Notes under the pieces: generated by a model
Seen by the model: the letters and a program-made list of their open reading frames with translations, nothing else
Told to the model about the DNA's origin: nothing
The model's database searches: none
Shown: positions 1 through 14,403 of the stretch, one piece after another
How the letters are laid out: the number at the start of each line of letters is the position of its first letter
Position numbering within the stretch: position 1 is the stretch's first letter
NCBI GenBank assembly: GCA_044892525.1
Contig: CM097885.1
Location: 15,626,001 to 15,690,000, forward strand
DNA: 64,000 bases
Direction: 5' to 3'
From: Schmidtea polychroa
Taxonomy: Eukaryota
Program-made: the position numbers and the translations under genes

Positions 1-214
1 ATTATAATTTTAAAATTCAAAATTTAAGCTAGACATTTATAAGTAAACAATTTACATTAATGCATTTAGGATGAAATTAGTAGTGGTAGCACTTTAGGGG
101 GTGATAAATAAATTTTGTAAATTAATATTTTGATTCTCAAATACAAGATGAATAAATATATAGATGATCTATATTAGTGAAATTCTTAATAAGTAGATGA
201 CTCCTAGCAATACA

Positions 215-1887
215 CGAAGCAATCAAACACTTCCAACAAGGACGAAACTTTAAAATATTCACAGATCACAAACCGCTAACTAACGCAATCGAAATGAAGA
301 ATCCCTCACCAAGGCAGATTAGACAAATCAACTTCATTTTACAATTCAACTTCACAATAAACTACGTAGCGGGAAAATCAAACATGGCAGCTGTCGCTCT
401 ATCAAGAAACGAAAGTGACATAAACTCCCTGGAATTCGAAAAGATAATAGCACGACGTCTCTAACGAAAGCAACAAACGAATATTACTCCCGGAGGAATT
501 CTGCGAAAACTGTATCGAGAAGATGCACAAGATCAATCATTCAGGAAACAAAGTAACATTCGAACTAATACACAACAATTATATATGGCCTAACATGCGG
601 AAAGACGTCAAAAACTACGTCAAGAGAGTTCACAGCTGCCAGTTAAACAAAACAACAAAAAAACTCAAACCTCAAAAAGTAAACTTCCCAAGCAGCAAAG
701 TCTTCGAAACAATGCACACAGATATGGTAGGACCACTACCACCAAACGACAACTACAAATACCTGCTGACAATTATAGACAGGAAGTCCAACTGGTTCGA
801 AGTAATCTCAATAAAAGAAATCACCGCAAAAAATAAATGTGAAATGGTCGAATTAAATTGAATAGCTCGTTATGGTCAACCGTAAACAATTATAACCGAT
901 CAAGGCAGACAGTTCGAATCAGAAATGTTCAAAATACTCTGCAACAAATACAACATCAAAAGGAACCGAACAACAGCTAACAACCCACAATCAAACGGAA
1001 AAAAGAGCGGTTCCACAGACATTAAAAGAAAGCATATGAACAAAAGCCAATGATCAAAATTGGTTAAATAATCTACTAATCGGACTGAAAAATAGTCCAA
1101 ACTCAATAGATAATGAAAGTCCAGCAGTCAAGGTGTTCGGAAAAGCAACAAATTTACCATTACTCAAAAACAAAACAGCAGATAACACAGAAACAAACAA
1201 ACAAACAACTAACAATAACAAAGGAAAAACAGATAAAAAACACAAAAGGAATTTTAAAAAGGAGACCGGACTCCGAATTGGATGGGAAAACAGTACTAAC
1301 AACATATTTTTATTTCATCATAATAAAGAAACCATTCACAAAAGGTTTCGAATCTAAATACGAAGGTCCATTCAAACTCTTAGAAATTAACAAAAACATC
1401 GCTACAATAATCAAAAAAACAACAAAATGAAAATAAACATATGACGAATAAAACCCTATCCCCTGAACGAAAACCCACAAAACAATCCACCAGAAAACAA
1501 AACACAAACACAAACGAAAACACAACCAATTCATAAAAACATCACATTTAACCACAAAACCTCAATCAAACTATTTGACAAAGATACAATAATTACACCC
1601 TTATACAAAAAACGATACAGCGATTGCCTTAAATAAAACACCCACAAAAAAAGTAAAAATAACAAAACACACTCACAAACAATACTAATTGTACAGTTTT
1701 TTTTATCAATTTCGTTGTATATATAGAGTAAATTGTAAATTTTTTGTTTTATCCAGTTTATAGATACAAAGGAACAGAAACCAAATACATAAAAACATAT
1801 AATACATACTAAAAAAAGGTTATTGAATGTAATTTTTTCGTTACCTTTAATTGATTCATGTTAAGCTCCGGTTTTAAAGGGGGAAGT
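215..1887 (+). mobile_element. Degenerate Ty3/Gypsy pol fragment (RNase H end, integrase) with polypurine tract
   Basis: FTDHKPL RNase H motif; integrase H..H/CxxC-like segment, HTDMVGPLP, YLLTIIDR, TDQGRQFES and YEGPFK motifs broken by stops and frameshifts; AAAGGGGGAAG at ~1877 followed by TG. Confidence 0.85.
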
Positions 1888-2524
1888 TGTGTAATGTACA
1901 GTTATATATTTTATTTATTTTTAAACAAGGTTTTGCCACGCCTTGTTATTTTATTGAGTGTAGATCGCAATGGAAAAAGAATAAAAAATACTATATAGCG
2001 ATAATTTACTATGGTAAATACAAATATCGACAAATCCCAACGTTTCAATCAAAAAGAAATTCATTCTATAATATTTATTCTACCATCCGTTATTTCTTTC
2101 AAACGTCAAAAGAAGATGCTCGAATTAATCCAAGAAAGTAAATTCGCCGAAATTAACGAAGGATTACCATTCGTTCCCTCTCTAACGTTTTACAATTTTT
2201 ATTTAAATAAAGTTGGATTTTTAAATTGTTCATTGGTTCATAAAACTAATTTATTTTAACAAAACTTTGGTGATTTCTTTGCAATACTATCTAAATTGTT
2301 CTTCTATTCGTTTTTATTCGCTTGTTCATATAACTAATTTTATTTTAATAATACTTTTGTGATTTCGTTTTATTACTGCCTAGATTTTATTTTGTCTACT
2401 CATAGTCATAAAATCCCTACACAACACGCACCCCGATTGTCCCGCCACATTTTTAACGGTGATTCTATCGGGCTCTCCAGATTTCCTCACACATACACAC
2501 TCACTATGACGAATATAATATAGG

Positions 2525-4635
2525 TAGAGTTTCCAAAATATCCGGTTTTTTAGTATCCACGAATACCGCTTTTCATTATTCGAAAACCGCGGTTAACCGG
2601 TCGGATACGGATATTTTGGAAAAAGCTAATTTAAAAAAGAAAAGATAAAAAAAAACTCGAAAAATTGTCAATTTAAGATGAAAATTTATTCACTTTTTTT
2701 CATTTATATACAAATATTTTAGAAAAACTAAGCAATTTAGAGATTAATCAGATAAATGGGTTCAAAGTTTACCACAAAAGTGGGAGGAAACGGAGAAAGT
2801 CCTTTCGGCTTCGTTTGATGATGGCTTTATTGTTGTTAAGGCTTCAAATAATTTTTCAAGTTTTCAGGCCTTTGAACTGTTTTCTTAAATATCATAAAGT
2901 CATCGTTGATGTTTAAGTTGGATTTTTGAAAATTTCCGCAAGTAACATAATTAATTGCAGTATCAAGCTCTGCTTCCAACGAAACTGGTGCATCCGTGTT
3001 CAAATCTACATGTTTTGGTGAAGATGAAGGTGACATGATGAAGAAGATTCAAAAAGTCTAGCAAACAGATTAAATGCAAATTCCAAAACAATTTTTGATG
3101 GTTTTATAGAGTTATTGGTGAGGCATGCCAGAGTATCAATAATGGTAGAGTGTTCTCGTTCTTTCATCCGTCGTTCGATATTTAATTTTAATGTACTACA
3201 GATCACGTCATTACATTCATTCAATATGTTGTACAGAAAAGTCATCGCTCCTTTTGCTGTTAATAAATTGGCGTCTTGTCTCCCCAATGTTTCAACAGCT
3301 AATGTTAATGGTTTTATTGCATTCATTAAGCTGCACAATTTTTCGAAATCTATTCCAGATACTAGGTGAAGTGCATTTAATTCGATCAGCGTGTTTTGAA
3401 TTGGAATTTGAACTCTGAGTAGTTTTTCTAACATAGGATGAATAGAGTTCCACCTGTGTTTCAGATTTTTTTGTATGTCGACATCTTCATTATCTGCGAA
3501 TTCTTCTTCATTAACATCATCGAAAAATTCATTGTCTTGGAAGTCGTCATCATCTTCTTCTTCTATAATGTCAACATCATTTGATTCAAAAACTTTCTTT
3601 TAATAAAATGTTTCAATTACCGCCAAATGCAGCCCTTGACATAAACATAACTGTGATTCAGATGGACAATCTGAACCATACTTCACCATTACCCTGGCAC
3701 CATCATTTGTAGTACAAACAATGTCGTTTTGGAACGAAAAATTAAACAACTCTAAATGCTTGGTTACAATTTCAAACACTACAGCTGCAGTACACGAACC
3801 AGTAGCTCTCACCAAACCTAGATTGTTGCAATTTCCATTATTTCCATGTTCATTAATATTAATAATGCGACGATTTCGTGCACTTACCCACTCATCAAGG
3901 GTTATACTAAACTTACTATATCATTCTAAATTGTTGTTAATTTTTTTATTCCCTCTTTTTTTCTATTTCGAATTCAGTATCAGTTATATCCTCTGTCTAC
4001 AATAGATTGTCTGATAAACTTGAAATTTGTAATTGCACGAATTGTTATTCCGTTTTCAGCAGCTAATCTTGAAACAATCTCACTTAAACTTTGCCGTTTA
4101 ACAAAATCCATCATCGTATTTCCTTTGATTTTCTTGAAGTTTTGCTCTTGCTCACCCAAAACGGATTCATCATTATCCCGTTTACAATAGATTTGTGTAC
4201 CATTTTCAGATGGTTTAGCATACCACCCGTGTTTCCATTACTATTTGAAATAAAAACTATTTACTTTAAAAACTGAACTTTGGCAAATTTTTTATTGGTA
4301 GAAGGAATTTTTAAAAATATTCCCAAACAGGAGCTGATGGTGCCATGGGCTAAATAGTAGTACAATATAAATTTAATACAAGTTTTACGGTAAAAAATAA
4401 ATTAATCATAATTACCTGTGATTATTTTCAATTCTTTGATTTGAGAGCTTTTAACAATTTCGCAATAACTAATTATATCGATTTTTCATTCTATTTAAAA
4501 TTTTATTCTATACATAATTTAAAATAATTTTCACTATCCGGTAATCGCGAGTGTATTTGAGCGGATACCGAATACGGATTTTTGTCTGCAAATTCGCGGA
4601 TATCGGATACGGATTATCCGAACTGTCAAACTCTA
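2525..4635 (-). mobile_element. hAT DNA transposon with decayed transposase
   Basis: Termini TAGAGTTT / AAACTCTA and perfect 8-bp TSD AATATAGG (2517-2524, 4636-4643). Minus-strand fragments contain TTNDGARVM, CLCQGLHLAV and LTLAVETLGRQDANLL. Confidence 0.9.
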
Positions 4636-4643
4636 AATATAGG

Positions 4644-5600
4644 CTATATATTACACGTATAGAATACAATATCACCGAAATAACACACATAGAATATAAT
4701 ACACCGAAACCTCCAGCTATAATATAATAACTGGTATAATAATAGCTATAATAGGGATGATCATTGCCGTGGTCGTTGCCAACGGTAGACAACCCAAATC
4801 CACTAGGTATTCATCATCATCTACTTGCCTACCATGGACCATTATCAGGTATATACCTGTAGTTTTATCGGTAGCAATCACATCTCTCCTCAATATTCTG
4901 ACTTTGATATAACAGTTAAAAATCATTGTTAATGGTTCTTTTCCAACCATTCGCACGTCCAGATTAATGTTGCCTTGATTGTTAGGCTGACTTCGGATTG
5001 TTTTCCCATTTCTCCTCATCAACGCTTCGATTTGCGTCTGAAATGGGCTTGTTTCTTTTACCACTGGTAGTATAATTGGAATTATTGCTACCAACAAATC
5101 TACTGGTATTCGTAATACTAACATCCAGTCTAGTATTTCTTTTATGGTTTCTCCGTCTCATGGAGAATTTTGTAATTCTAACCCTTGTCGTTGGGATAAT
5201 TGTTGAGTTTCCTCCAATCTCTCAATTTCCATCTAAGTAATTAAGAATATACTGTCTTGATACATTACCGCCACTGGCTTCGGTGCTGTCTTTGTTGTGA
5301 GCTTCGTCACTCTACCGAGGAGTATCCCGTTCTGTAGAAGTGTTTGGTTTGCTTCTAGTTTTATTCCACATAAGTACAAGTCATATCATTGATGCTTAAT
5401 ACTTGTCAATGTCTCTGTTAATTTATCTGCTCGACATCTTGCATTTATATCGAGAATATACTCTTTATCCTGAGGGAGTTTTATATTGAGCTAAGCATCT
5501 TGGAGATCTCACTCATTCTCCATGATTTCTTCTAATATCCTTAGGATTTTATATGTGTCGTTATGATGCATTGGGTCATCTTCAATCTGCGATATCAGCT
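4644..5600 (-). mobile_element. Probable degenerate LTR-retrotransposon gag-like remnant
   Basis: Interrupted minus-strand coding-like sequence (ORF 4717-5124) continuous with LTR-like DNA across the hAT insertion. No diagnostic motif recognised. Confidence 0.3.
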
Positions 5601-5966
5601 TCACTAATGTATCAATGAAAAATATTTATTTTGATATATTTTTAATTTGTATTTGTCGTTAAAAATGTTAAAATTTTACATTTCTGTATCAAATTGTAAT
5701 TTAAATAATTTTGTAATATTTAAAATAAATAAGAAAAAAATTAGCATTAATAATATTTTGAATTGCTCTAAAAGCTAAAGAACAATATTTATAAAATGTT
5801 TGTTTCTCTACTTCAAAATACAAATTATAAATATTGAAATTGTAAACGTCAGAGGAAATAATTAATATAATAAGTATGATTATTGAAATGTTGTAAAATG
5901 TTGAAATATTTTGATAATTTTGTTAATTTTAGAGTTAATTTTATAGTTTGTTAATTTTATAGTTAA

Positions 5967-7563
5967 ATGTTGGCAAGCGTATGGGAAATGATGAAGAGGA
6001 AAGAATTTGAATTTGATAATGAAATCAGCAGTGAATTGATATGCAGAATTTGCAAATGTTTAATGATAAAAGCTTGCCATGCTCCTTGCGTTTGTGGCTT
6101 TTGTTCTGATTGCATTGAAAATTATTTGGATGGAAAAGATAAATTCTGTCCAGGAGCAGCAAAACATTGTAGAAAGAAAATGATCAATTTCAATAAAGAT
6201 GTTTCTGAAGATCATGCAGCTAATTTAAGGATTTCAGAAGTGGTAGTGAGATTCCCAATGCAAAATTGTCAATTTAAAGATGAATTAGAGGTGATGGAGA
6301 GCCACATGAGAACATGCAACAAGCAACCAATAAAATGTTTATTCAATAGAATCGGATGCGAAATGAATGAGGTGGTAAAGGATGAAATGAAAGTCCATCT
6401 CATTGAGAACACTGAAGGCCATAGCAAATTATTGATTGATCAGATCAGTAATTTGTGCAATGAGATGCAAGCAATGAGAGACGAGAATGTGACATTGTGT
6501 AATGAAATTATCAATATCAATGTAAAATTGTATTTGCAATTAATTTTATTGATATTTAGGATTGGAGGTGAAATTGTGCAATATTGAAAAGAAAGAGACT
6601 GAAAACAGAGAAGATATAGAAGAATTGAATGAGGAAATGGTGGCATTGAAGAATGAGAACCGCTCATTGAGAATGGATATGGAGACAAATATTGGATCAA
6701 TCAATCAGGTTTGATTATTGATTTGATTTGATATTGATATGTTATTGATGGAAAGCAGGTCAGACAGCAAATTGAAGTGATTGAATCAAAATGTCAGCAG
6801 CAAATTGATGAGATGAAAGAGAAATGCGAGCAGCGGCTGCAACAGGTGAATGAAAAGGTGATTTATTGATTTATTGAAATGTTTGAATTTGAGATTCAGT
6901 TGCAGCTTGAAATGGCGAAATGTGCCAATGAAATTCGGCGGAATGAAACAAAATGTCAACAGCAAATTGATGAGATGAAAGAGAAATACGAGCAGCGGTT
7001 GCAACAGGCGAATGAAAAGGTGATTTATTGATTTATTGACATATTTGAATTTGAGATTCAGTTGCAGCTTGAAATGGCGAAATGTACCTATGAAATTCGG
7101 CAGATTGAAACAAAATTAGCAAATGAAAAATATGTAAATTACGGATTTTTTGAATGGGAAATCGATAAATTTTCACAACAAAAGAGAAGTAAAAATATTT
7201 ACAACAAAAGCGTTTTTTTCGGGACTAATCGGTTACAAAATTTGCTTGTGGGTGCTGATTGATGGTAATTGGGGTATTGGGGCTGGTTTCTGTTTGGTGC
7301 GTGGGGCAAATGATGAGCAATTGGATTGGCCGTTCAATCAATCCGTGACAATCGATGTGATCGATCCAGCAAATGGCAACATTTATATGAGGAAGTCAAT
7401 GAAATATTCAGATAGCCCTCTTGATGCAGCTGGATGGAGGAAACCTTCACACGACAGAAATAATTCAATTGGTATTTATTATTATCCTGATGCCAGCTCA
7501 ATCTATAAATTAGCAGCCAAAAGTAATAAATTGCTGCTCAGGAGCAGAATTGAAAAATTATGA
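5967..7563 (+). pseudogene. TRAF-family gene copy 1 (RING, TRAF zinc fingers, coiled coil, MATH) with +1 frameshift in the MATH exon
   Basis: Exons 5967-6521, 6568-6708, 6759-6857, 6900-7019 and 7062-7563 with GT-AG introns. RING CRICKC..CGFCSDC..FCP; MATH GYKICLW and DEQLDWPF. The last exon is 502 nt (extra A near 7205-7209). Confidence 0.88.
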
Positions 7564-8769
7564 CAAATTTAAAAAAACATTTATATAAAAAATTGATTTA
7601 TTTTGGGTTTTGATTTGTTTTATTATTTGCCTTTTTATTATAGCAAATTGCCGATTGCAATATCAATAATATTGCAAAATCAAAAATATTTAATATAAAT
7701 AATTATTTTAATTAAATTAATAATTAATTTGAAATTAAATTTAAATTCACCCGATTATAAGCGCTGACAAATCGCCTCAACAAATCAAACGCTCCTATGA
7801 CGAGTGAAACCGACGAGAAAACCGCCGCTGATGTTATATGAGTTTTGGAGAAATTATTGTTGCATTGAATGGCAATAAAATGCACTTAAATGCAATACTA
7901 AAACTGTTATATCAAATTGATAAATGCCTTAACATTTCACTAGCTATTTCTGAGGCATTTAAACGGAAATCCGCAACAGCAATGCTGACAAAATGTTCGA
8001 AAATTGCTTTCACATCTGTTTGGGTAGTAATTGTATTTGTACTGAGATCCTTTTTAAGTGCTAGTGACCTGATTTAATATTAAATAATGTAACATTTCAT
8101 AAATTTATTCACTTTTTCATTCGCTAAATTTTCAAATTAAAACAAAAAAAGATTTCATGTAAATTAATATTTAAATTCACAAATTTTGATACATTTTATG
8201 AATGAATTTTACTTATTAACAAACAACGAAATTTATCTTGAAATCTTGAAAATATTTTGGAATTATTTGAAAATATTATTCACTTATTTGAAATTATTTT
8301 GGAACCTGGATTAATTAGGTACATCAGAAGTTGAAGGTTGTTAAAGTCAAACTTACAAGTTTTGGGATCAGTGGCTTAACCAATGAGGTGGGTTAAGGGG
8401 GTTAAACCTCCCATTGGTTTTTAATTGTACAAATATTTGTCGATGTCAAGTGCCTAAAAGATCATCCATCTACATAAGAAAAAAACAAGACACTTACTAT
8501 ATTTTATTGTAAATATAATACTGTGACATATGTCTGTACTTTGTAGTCTATACTCTCAGTTAAATTTTATTTTGGCTATTTTTTTCTGATGTTCAATACG
8601 TATCTCCGTACTTTATGGAGTAAGCGAATGACGTCATTATTACAGACACCCCTATCATGAAGGTCTTAGTGCCTTCGACACCCTCAAAAGTCAACGCTTG
8701 AAATGATTGACCATATTATTAATAAATATTTCTCAACTCCAATCCCCTCACATTCATAAATTCCTGGTT

Positions 8770-11700
8770 ACGTTGGAATATTAAGAGTTTTGGTTGGCAA
8801 ATAACTCAGAATTTGGCAAGTATGTTTTTTTAATGTCTTAGTAACTGATAGATTTATCATTAGCTCTTACTTAAACGCCTCAATGGATATTTTACATTTT
8901 ACCATAAATATACCCATGCCAACCACCTTATTTCGAATGTACACAGTAGTTGAAAATCATTTAGCAGGTGAGCTCAATTTAGAAAGATGGGTTACGAGTT
9001 GGGAGAACAATTTATGCTTATCCTTGCAAATGTAGGCCTTTTCCTGCCGTTGCTTACACTTTACCGTATTTCATTCGTAACTCCGCATAACTATTGATTT
9101 TACCGCTAAATGCCCATCGCAAGCGACACTGGTGTTTTAATTTAGTTGGTCACCATCAACTAAAGGTGGAACTTTCACAAAAACTGAAAAAGCACACACT
9201 TTAATGAAACAACCACAACTCCTTTGCTCTACGCATTGCAATATCAGTCTGAACCCTTTGAAGGAATTAATCTCCCTACGGAAGATGTCCGTGTCTGGTA
9301 CTCTCGATTCGAAAATATATCGTTATCACTAAGTTTAATTCTTCTTTGCTTGTTCTTTCTAGATTATCTCTTTTCGTTTCTTCGACCTACTGGCGTTTCT
9401 GTTTACTTGCAGGTCGCCTTTAAACCCTTCGGGTAATTTGATTGTCCTTGGCAAATTATTTTGGATCCATTTTTAACGGTGATTGGAAGTCGAATTTTAT
9501 GAATCAGAGTGAAGGGAAATTTGCAATAGTTGGGGAAAATCGAACATAATATTCCAAATACAAATTTATCCTGCATAGTGAAGTGAAATGAGGTATGACA
9601 TAGAATGGAACCAGATGAGTCAGTAGATAATAGGTTTCAAATAAAATCCAGTACTTCGTTATGTCGGCTAATGCAATTAATATCAGTGAAATCGTACTAA
9701 TTCCAAACGAAGATCGAATATTGCTCCTGCCGGGCTGGAAACCGAGGTAATCAAAAAACTTTTGTAAATTTAAATTTTCCATAAATTAATTAAAGATAAC
9801 CCTGTATTAACATAAATTGAGGTAATCAACCAAATGTAAGGAAAATAAAGAATAAAATAGAGGAAAAATAATAGAATAAATCAAAAATTAAAACAAGTCA
9901 CTAAAATAAAATAAATAATAAACAAGTCGCAAACAGACAAAAGTACATAACCATATCCGACAAGCAAAGAAAAAATAATTAGAAAGAATAAAAATAAATA
10001 CCAGAAAAACAAAATATTACTAAACGAATAAATTATAATCAAAAAACAAAGAATAAAATACTAAATCAGGATCCAATAAAAAGCAGGAGAAAATGTGAAA
10101 ATTAAATTATTTAATAAATTATCAAAAGAAAAAGATAAATAACCTGGAAAAAGAACTTAAAAATAAGAAAAAACACAACTTCACACAACAGCTGGATCCT
10201 GATTAGACAAAAATTACTATATAACGAAAACACTTTATTGATTCCCTCAGTTCTAACAAACTTCATACAGGAACCAATTCAGCATCACTCTCATTGATCT
10301 ATTACTTGATTCTTATATTATATCGCAGCAAATTTTCAGAATTTTTATCAATCAGACAGGAAAAGAGAAATGTAAATTTTCGTTTATTATTTATGTACAA
10401 GTAGCATTATAATTTATTTGGATAAATATTATGATAGTTTTTAAATGTCTCACTTTTATCTTCACAATACGAATTTTTATGTTGAGATCCAGCGATGACA
10501 CCGTTCTACGATTATGAGGGTTAGAATGCGAAAAGCCGAACCGGAATGACTGAGGAAAATTAAGAGCATACATTGATTCCACCAGTGAGGAGAAGAGGAG
10601 AATGCATAAGTAGGAGAGAGAAATTCGGAAGGATTATATTGAGTCACAGGATTCACGTCAAATAGAAATCAAGGACAGATAATATCGAGGCTGGTAGGAG
10701 ATTGCAGATTGCAGATCGGCAAGCTAAGGAATTACTCCACAAATGCGATGAGATAGGAATTGATTGTACGAATTACGACAACTTGGGAATGGAATCATTA
10801 GAGGAAACGGAGTATGAGATGTATGGGTAGGTTGAGTAGCAATGGTCGACAAATGAGGAATGAATTGTTATTGAGGTAGGAAGGAGTGTGAGGTATAATT
10901 TCCATTCTGAGAAGGGTGTAATCGCTGAATTCTAGAGTCGATTCGATTTATTTTAATTATTCCTGAATTTGAGAGTTGATTGAATTTATTATGATTATTC
11001 ATCTATAAAGATATAGTATGACCCGTTTCTGAGGGTCGTTTGGCAATTGCTGACACTTGTGTCGGTAGTTACCAGATGATTTTCACAGATGGCGAAAATG
11101 ACCAAATCGTGTAAATAGAGTTGATTTTTCGTTGAGTGGTAACTCTCCACGGTAGTAATGGGCTCAATTCGCGGATTCGAATAAGAATAAATACTTCTAC
11201 CTTTCAACCGGCTACTACGAAAATTAGTCCCGTAATTGAAATCACAATACCGTTATCACATTCGATTTTCTGTTATAGGCACTTATATGAACCTAACATC
11301 AGTTGAGAAAGCTTTGACATTTCCATCAGTGAATGCCACTTTTAAGCGTTTGATTTCTTTCACTTCGATAGGTCAAGTTTCTTCGACAGTCCGTTAGCAT
11401 CAACAATTGCGAGAATTTCACGGTGATAGAATAGGCATTGGAATCCTTATCTGTAGGACAACATCCGGTGTACACAACACTCCACAAAATTTCACCTTGG
11501 CAGACTTGTAGGATCTAAGTTTCTTGCTATCATAAACATTCATAAACAGGAAGTCGACAATTCGTCTCGATAAATCTGACACACATAAACAATCAAAGTG
11601 AAGTTACGAGACATGACAGACAAATAGTCGAACCCAAGAATTCCTACTGAAACGGCTGCTTTGAATTAATCATAAACCCATCAGGTTAGTTTACTTTAAT

Positions 11701-12180
11701 TGTCTAAGGCAAGGGTGGCCAACAATTGCATTACATACCCATTATTCCCCCTTAGACTACCCCTATGACAATAAGTCGATATCGACACACTCTTAAGAAA
11801 AAAATTAGATCTTTTATACAGAAAAGCTGGACACCGCTGGTTTAAGTGATTTACTACGACCGCAGTACATGTCAAGTATATAAATATAACATAAACATGC
11901 AATTTCACAAGATCGACAAATAAATTGACTAAATTAATTAAAGTAAATGCGTGAGAAAAATGTTTTTCGTTATTAAAACATATCGAGATGAGAAAGAATA
12001 GTCACAAACATCATAAAGGTGTGTCGACGTTTTATCCAAGGGAAGAAACTGCCCAAAATTTTCTTACACCGTTTTTGTTTTCGAAGTAATTAAAATTTCT
12101 GTCCACGGACCCCTTGTCCAAATTCCACCTTGGCAGACTTGTAGGACATTGTAGTCGGCTTCCCATCGTAAAATTTGGTC
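8770..12180. mobile_element. Degenerate LTR-retrotransposon debris
   Basis: Strand-skewed LTR-like tracts, a decayed zinc-knuckle-like segment on the minus strand near 9020-9065, and a repeated 21-bp motif at 11493 and 12126. Confidence 0.35.
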
Positions 12181-12294
12181 CCCAAAAGCAACTTCCGAGA
12201 TTTTTTAAATTAAATTTTAATGGATTTTTAAATTTTTTTAAAATAAATGAATTGAAATAAATTTCTTTAATTTGAATCTGTTTACTATTTCATA

Positions 12295-12323
12295 AATGGT
12301 GCAGCACCGGGTACCCCAGCTAG
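12295..12323 (+). mobile_element. Probable Helitron 3' terminus
   Basis: Short GC-rich hairpin GGTGCAGCACCGGG followed by ...CAGCTAG|T, the canonical Helitron CTAG end before T. Confidence 0.5.
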
Positions 12324-13083
12324 TAATTAATATAATATGTTTGATGGGCCTGCATTGAATGTATAAAGTTGCCAGCAATGCTTATATTTTGAACGACGAT
12401 AATTTAAACAAAAAGAAAATCCCATAAATTTAAAGATATATTTATGACATGTTAAAAGCTTTAGTTAATTTAAATATAAAATTATTTCAATCAATTGTTA
12501 CAGTCGGAATTCGGTTCAACAATATCAAAAAGAATAAAGTGCAGACGGTACAAACGCGTGTCACTATCTTATCATTTTACGCCTTTATTGACACTCCTGG
12601 CTAAGGAATTTATATTTGGGAAAAAGATGAAAGTATGAAACTATTTCTATTTTGGGACAGAATTTAGGAACCAAGTTGGTTTTAATATAATAATTATCCA
12701 GCAAAGGTGAAATAAAAGAACCTAGACAATTATAGGCAATGCGTGACGTTAAACAAACAACAAATTAAAAATATTTACCATTTCAAAGACATTGGTTATT
12801 TCGAAATACAATTCATCATTTCTACTATCCTTTTCTTCGGTAATGGAGATCTCTTCAAACTGACCATCAAGGTCCAGCAATTCCTGAGGGGGTGCAGCAT
12901 AATTCGGTACATCATCTGTCATAATAGAAAACGATTCAATTAATAAAAATATATTTACCTATTTATATAGCATAGTTGTAGTGGACTATTTCTGGCATTG
13001 TGACAAATTCAATGTTGAAATTCAATTCTTTGAGTTCCAATTTTAATAGATCCTGGGGGATAAATAAAAAAAACAAAATATCA

Positions 13084-14385
<1,302 letters not shown>

Positions 14386-14403
14386 TGGTAGCAGAGCGTG
14401 GTT
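14386..14403 (+). promoter_or_regulatory. Primer-binding site, initiator tRNA-Met type
   Basis: TGGTAGCAGAGCGTGGTT immediately follows the LTR terminal CA and resembles the complement of the 3' end of animal tRNA-iMet (…CTCTGCTACCA). Confidence 0.85.

Larger units (their letters stand above)
1..6038 (+). repeat. Segmental duplication, copy 1 (near-identical to 57855-64000)
   Basis: All ORFs from 523 to 5124 recur with identical translations at offset +57962. The second copy has one extra ~108-bp satellite unit near its start. Confidence 0.95.
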
